Shown here piece after piece: positions 58,265-60,354 of a stretch of DNA of 60,354 nt. This stretch comes from Clostridia bacterium. Lineage in GTDB: Bacteria > Bacillota > Clostridia > Christensenellales > QALW01. Below the pieces are notes generated by a model. It saw only the letters and a list, made by a program, of their open reading frames with translations. It ran no database searches and was not told the DNA's origin. Location of the stretch: contig JAFXDC010000027.1 of NCBI GenBank assembly GCA_017516345.1, positions 1 to 60,354 of the forward strand, given 5' to 3'. How positions within the stretch are numbered: the first letter of the stretch is position 1; each line of letters starts with the position of its first letter. Position numbers and translations under genes: made by a program.

Positions 58265-59079
58265 GCTTTTTCGTTCTCCTTTTGCATTATGGAATAAGCA
58301 GCCTGTACGGTTTTTTCATCAAAATGATGTCCCCAGAGCTCCTGCGCCAGCACTCCCTGCCAAAGCAGCATGGAAAGCCCGTTTCGGCACTCGGCTCCGC
58401 CCCGTGCCGCCGTTTTAAGAAGCAGAGTGGGGTTGGGGCTGTACACGCAATCGTAGACAAGGCCCGCATCGGCGATATTTTTGCAAAGCTCGGGGCTTTG
58501 GTCGGGATATTTCACTCCTCCAAGAGGGGTCGCATTGACCGTAAGCCGGTACCTTTGCATAGGAGCGTCCACTATTCTGGCGTTGAAGCAATCGCATCCT
58601 GCTTTTGCAAGGCTGTTTAGCATATCCGCGGCGCTTGACCTTGTTCTGTTTACAATATCCACCACGGCGCCCGCGCCGAGAAGGGAGGCCAATATGGCTC
58701 TTGCAGCGCCGCCGCTTCCGTAAAGGAGCACTCTTTCGTTTTTAAGGGGAATATCAACTGCTCTTAAAAAGCCCTCGCCGTCGGTGCAGTCCCCAATGAG
58801 CATTCCATCCTTATTTATTATGGTATTTACCGCACCGCAACGCACGGCGTTACCCGTGACCTCATCAAGAAAGGGGATGATGGCGGTCTTATACGGTACC
58901 GTGACGTTTGCGCCCTTGTAGTGCTCCCTTATGCTTTGAGCGACCTGCTCAAGCTCCTCTTTTTGACACTCTAACAAGCTGTACTTTGCATCTATGCCCC
59001 CCATTTCAAAGAGGGTGTTGTGCATTATTGGGGAAAGAGAATAGGATATCCTCTCTCCTATAAGACAGTATTTTTCCAT
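58261..59079 (-). CDS. aroE: Shikimate dehydrogenase
   Basis: SLSP.MH, G.NVT.PYK, GAVNT, G.GGAARA, NATP.G, G..ML..Q motifs. Confidence 0.93.
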   Translation of the reverse strand: MEKYCLIGERISYSLSPIMHNTLFEMGGIDAKYSLLECQKEELEQVAQSIREHYKGANVTVPYKTAIIPFLDEVTGNAVRCGAVNTIINKDGMLIGDCTDGEGFLRAVDIPLKNERVLLYGSGGAARAILASLLGAGAVVDIVNRTRSSAADMLNSLAKAGCDCFNARIVDAPMQRYRLTVNATPLGGVKYPDQSPELCKNIADAGLVYDCVYSPNPTLLLKTAARGGAECRNGLSMLLWQGVLAQELWGHHFDEKTVQAAYSIMQKENEKA

Positions 59080-60074
59080 TTTTCCTCCGAAGTAAGCAAG
59101 GCCTTAAGTCCAAGCGCATCATCCCTGCAGGTGCACACAATACTCACGCCGTCGGTGCATCGCGATACCGCCACGGCCTTATTCCGCATAGCTATCATGC
59201 AAAGCTCGGGCGCATCCTGCTCGTCGCACTGTACAAAGAGCCTCACGCCCTCCTTGGGATATATGCCCTTGCCCTCCCTTTTAAAGGGCTGCTTGCTCCT
59301 TTTACAAGCCTCAAAATGCTCCTTAAGGGAGGTAATATCTCCTTTTTTAATAAGCACTCTCCATTTATCAAGCTCCCGCTCAAAGCTGTCCAGGCTCTCA
59401 AGGAGCATGTCCGCATTATCTCGGTAAATTGCGCTCCACATCGTGGGATCCGAGTCGGCGATTCGGGTGATATCCGCAAATCCTCCCGCCGCGAGCTCCT
59501 TGATAACGGGCATCTGCGCCCTTTGAGCATCCGCCGAGGCGCAAAGCGAGCTTGCGATGATATGCGGAAGATGGGACACGGTTGCCACGGCGCGATCGTG
59601 AGAGGCGGCATCCAGCTCCACCACCCTGCCGCCAAGGGCTACGGCAAGCTTGATTGCACGCTCCCGCGCTCCGCCGGAGCCGCTTACGCACATGACTGCA
59701 CCCTTACACAGTCCCTTTCGGGAATGCTCAAAGCCCGAGCCCTCGGAGCCCGCCATGGGATGCATGCCTGCGTAGCTCACAGAGCTATACGCCGCCTCCA
59801 CCGTACGCTTGGTGGAGCAGCAATCAATATACAAGGCATCGGGGAATCTTCCCGTAAGCTCCTCCGCCATGCTGATCGCGACGTTGACAGGCACGCATAA
59901 AAGCACAATATCGGGGATGATATCCACCTTGCTTATATCACCAAAGCCCTTTATCAAGCACCCCTGCGCTCTTTTAAGGCTTTCCTCATCCTTATCAAGT
60001 GCATATACCGCGCCAAGGTCCCGCGCGATAGAGCCGCCTATAAGACCTATTCCTACTATTAGTATTTTTTCCAT
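59058..60074 (-). CDS. tyrA: Prephenate dehydrogenase
   Basis: G.GLIGGS, STK, HPMAGSE.SG, HD..VA..SHLPH, GF.D.TRIA..DP.MW. Confidence 0.92.
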   Translation of the reverse strand: MEKILIVGIGLIGGSIARDLGAVYALDKDEESLKRAQGCLIKGFGDISKVDIIPDIVLLCVPVNVAISMAEELTGRFPDALYIDCCSTKRTVEAAYSSVSYAGMHPMAGSEGSGFEHSRKGLCKGAVMCVSGSGGARERAIKLAVALGGRVVELDAASHDRAVATVSHLPHIIASSLCASADAQRAQMPVIKELAAGGFADITRIADSDPTMWSAIYRDNADMLLESLDSFERELDKWRVLIKKGDITSLKEHFEACKRSKQPFKREGKGIYPKEGVRLFVQCDEQDAPELCMIAMRNKAVAVSRCTDGVSIVCTCRDDALGLKALLTSEEKWKNTVL

Positions 60075-60173
60075 ATTACCGTTTTACCCCGTTTGTTCCG
60101 TTCTTACTTTTCTACCTTTTTTAAGGAAGGCACCGCCCTTTCCATCCGAGCACATACCTATCCTTAATTATAT

Positions 60174-60202
60174 ATTATACCACTAATTTTTGCTCTTTTC
60201 AA
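60174..60202 (-). promoter_or_regulatory. Sigma-A promoter of tyrA-aroE-aroQ
   Basis: TTGAAA-N17-TATAAT with an extended -10 TG. Confidence 0.75.
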
Positions 60203-60354
60203 GCACATTTAATAATTATACCGTTTTTACTCACCCTAAGTGGAGACATTTTACAAAAAATTCAATATTACGACCCTGTAAATTCACCTCCGGGCTCCGA
60301 AAGCAACCGCTTGTATGCTTAAAGTCTCGCTTTTTGATAAAAATGCGCCCACAC

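Noticed and set aside
60075-60173. T-box riboswitch upstream of tyrA
   Set aside because: AAAGGGCGGTGCC only loosely resembles the T-box motif, and the leader is under 100 nt with no stem I or clear terminator

Overview
Chromosomal segment from a spore-forming Clostridia-class (Bacillota) bacterium of roughly 50% GC by eye. The taxonomy is inferred from spoIIID, spoIIE, sigH, veg and pdaB-like genes and sigma-A/E/F promoter motifs. About 54 CDS are supported. Housekeeping genes include trmO, pckA, gyrBA, iscR-iscS-iscU, rpmE, mrnC-rlmB-sigH, plsY, glmM and tyrA-aroE-aroQ. There are three stand-alone glycoside hydrolases (GH32, GH38, GH39-like) and several unknown exported proteins. I could not see any rRNA, tRNA, CRISPR array, transposase or integrase. 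The standout is a tightly coupled 12.5-kb, 8-gene operon (34083-46638). It encodes a ~1000-aa unanchored solute-binding protein, a first permease pair, an NHL/TPR membrane-anchored protein, a Yip1 protein, a 920-aa DUF5696-like lipoprotein and a second permease pair, with no ATPase. It looks like a multi-subunit glycan-capture/import machine whose mechanism I do not know to be characterised, and two of its subunits carry matching (L)DENG hairpin-repeat inserts. Other oddities are an in-frame TAG inside a DUF1385 gene, an intact-looking Lnt in a monoderm, a 5'-truncated Nim-family remnant missed by the ORF track, and many conserved operons broken apart. All family assignments are by motif recognition, not database search.
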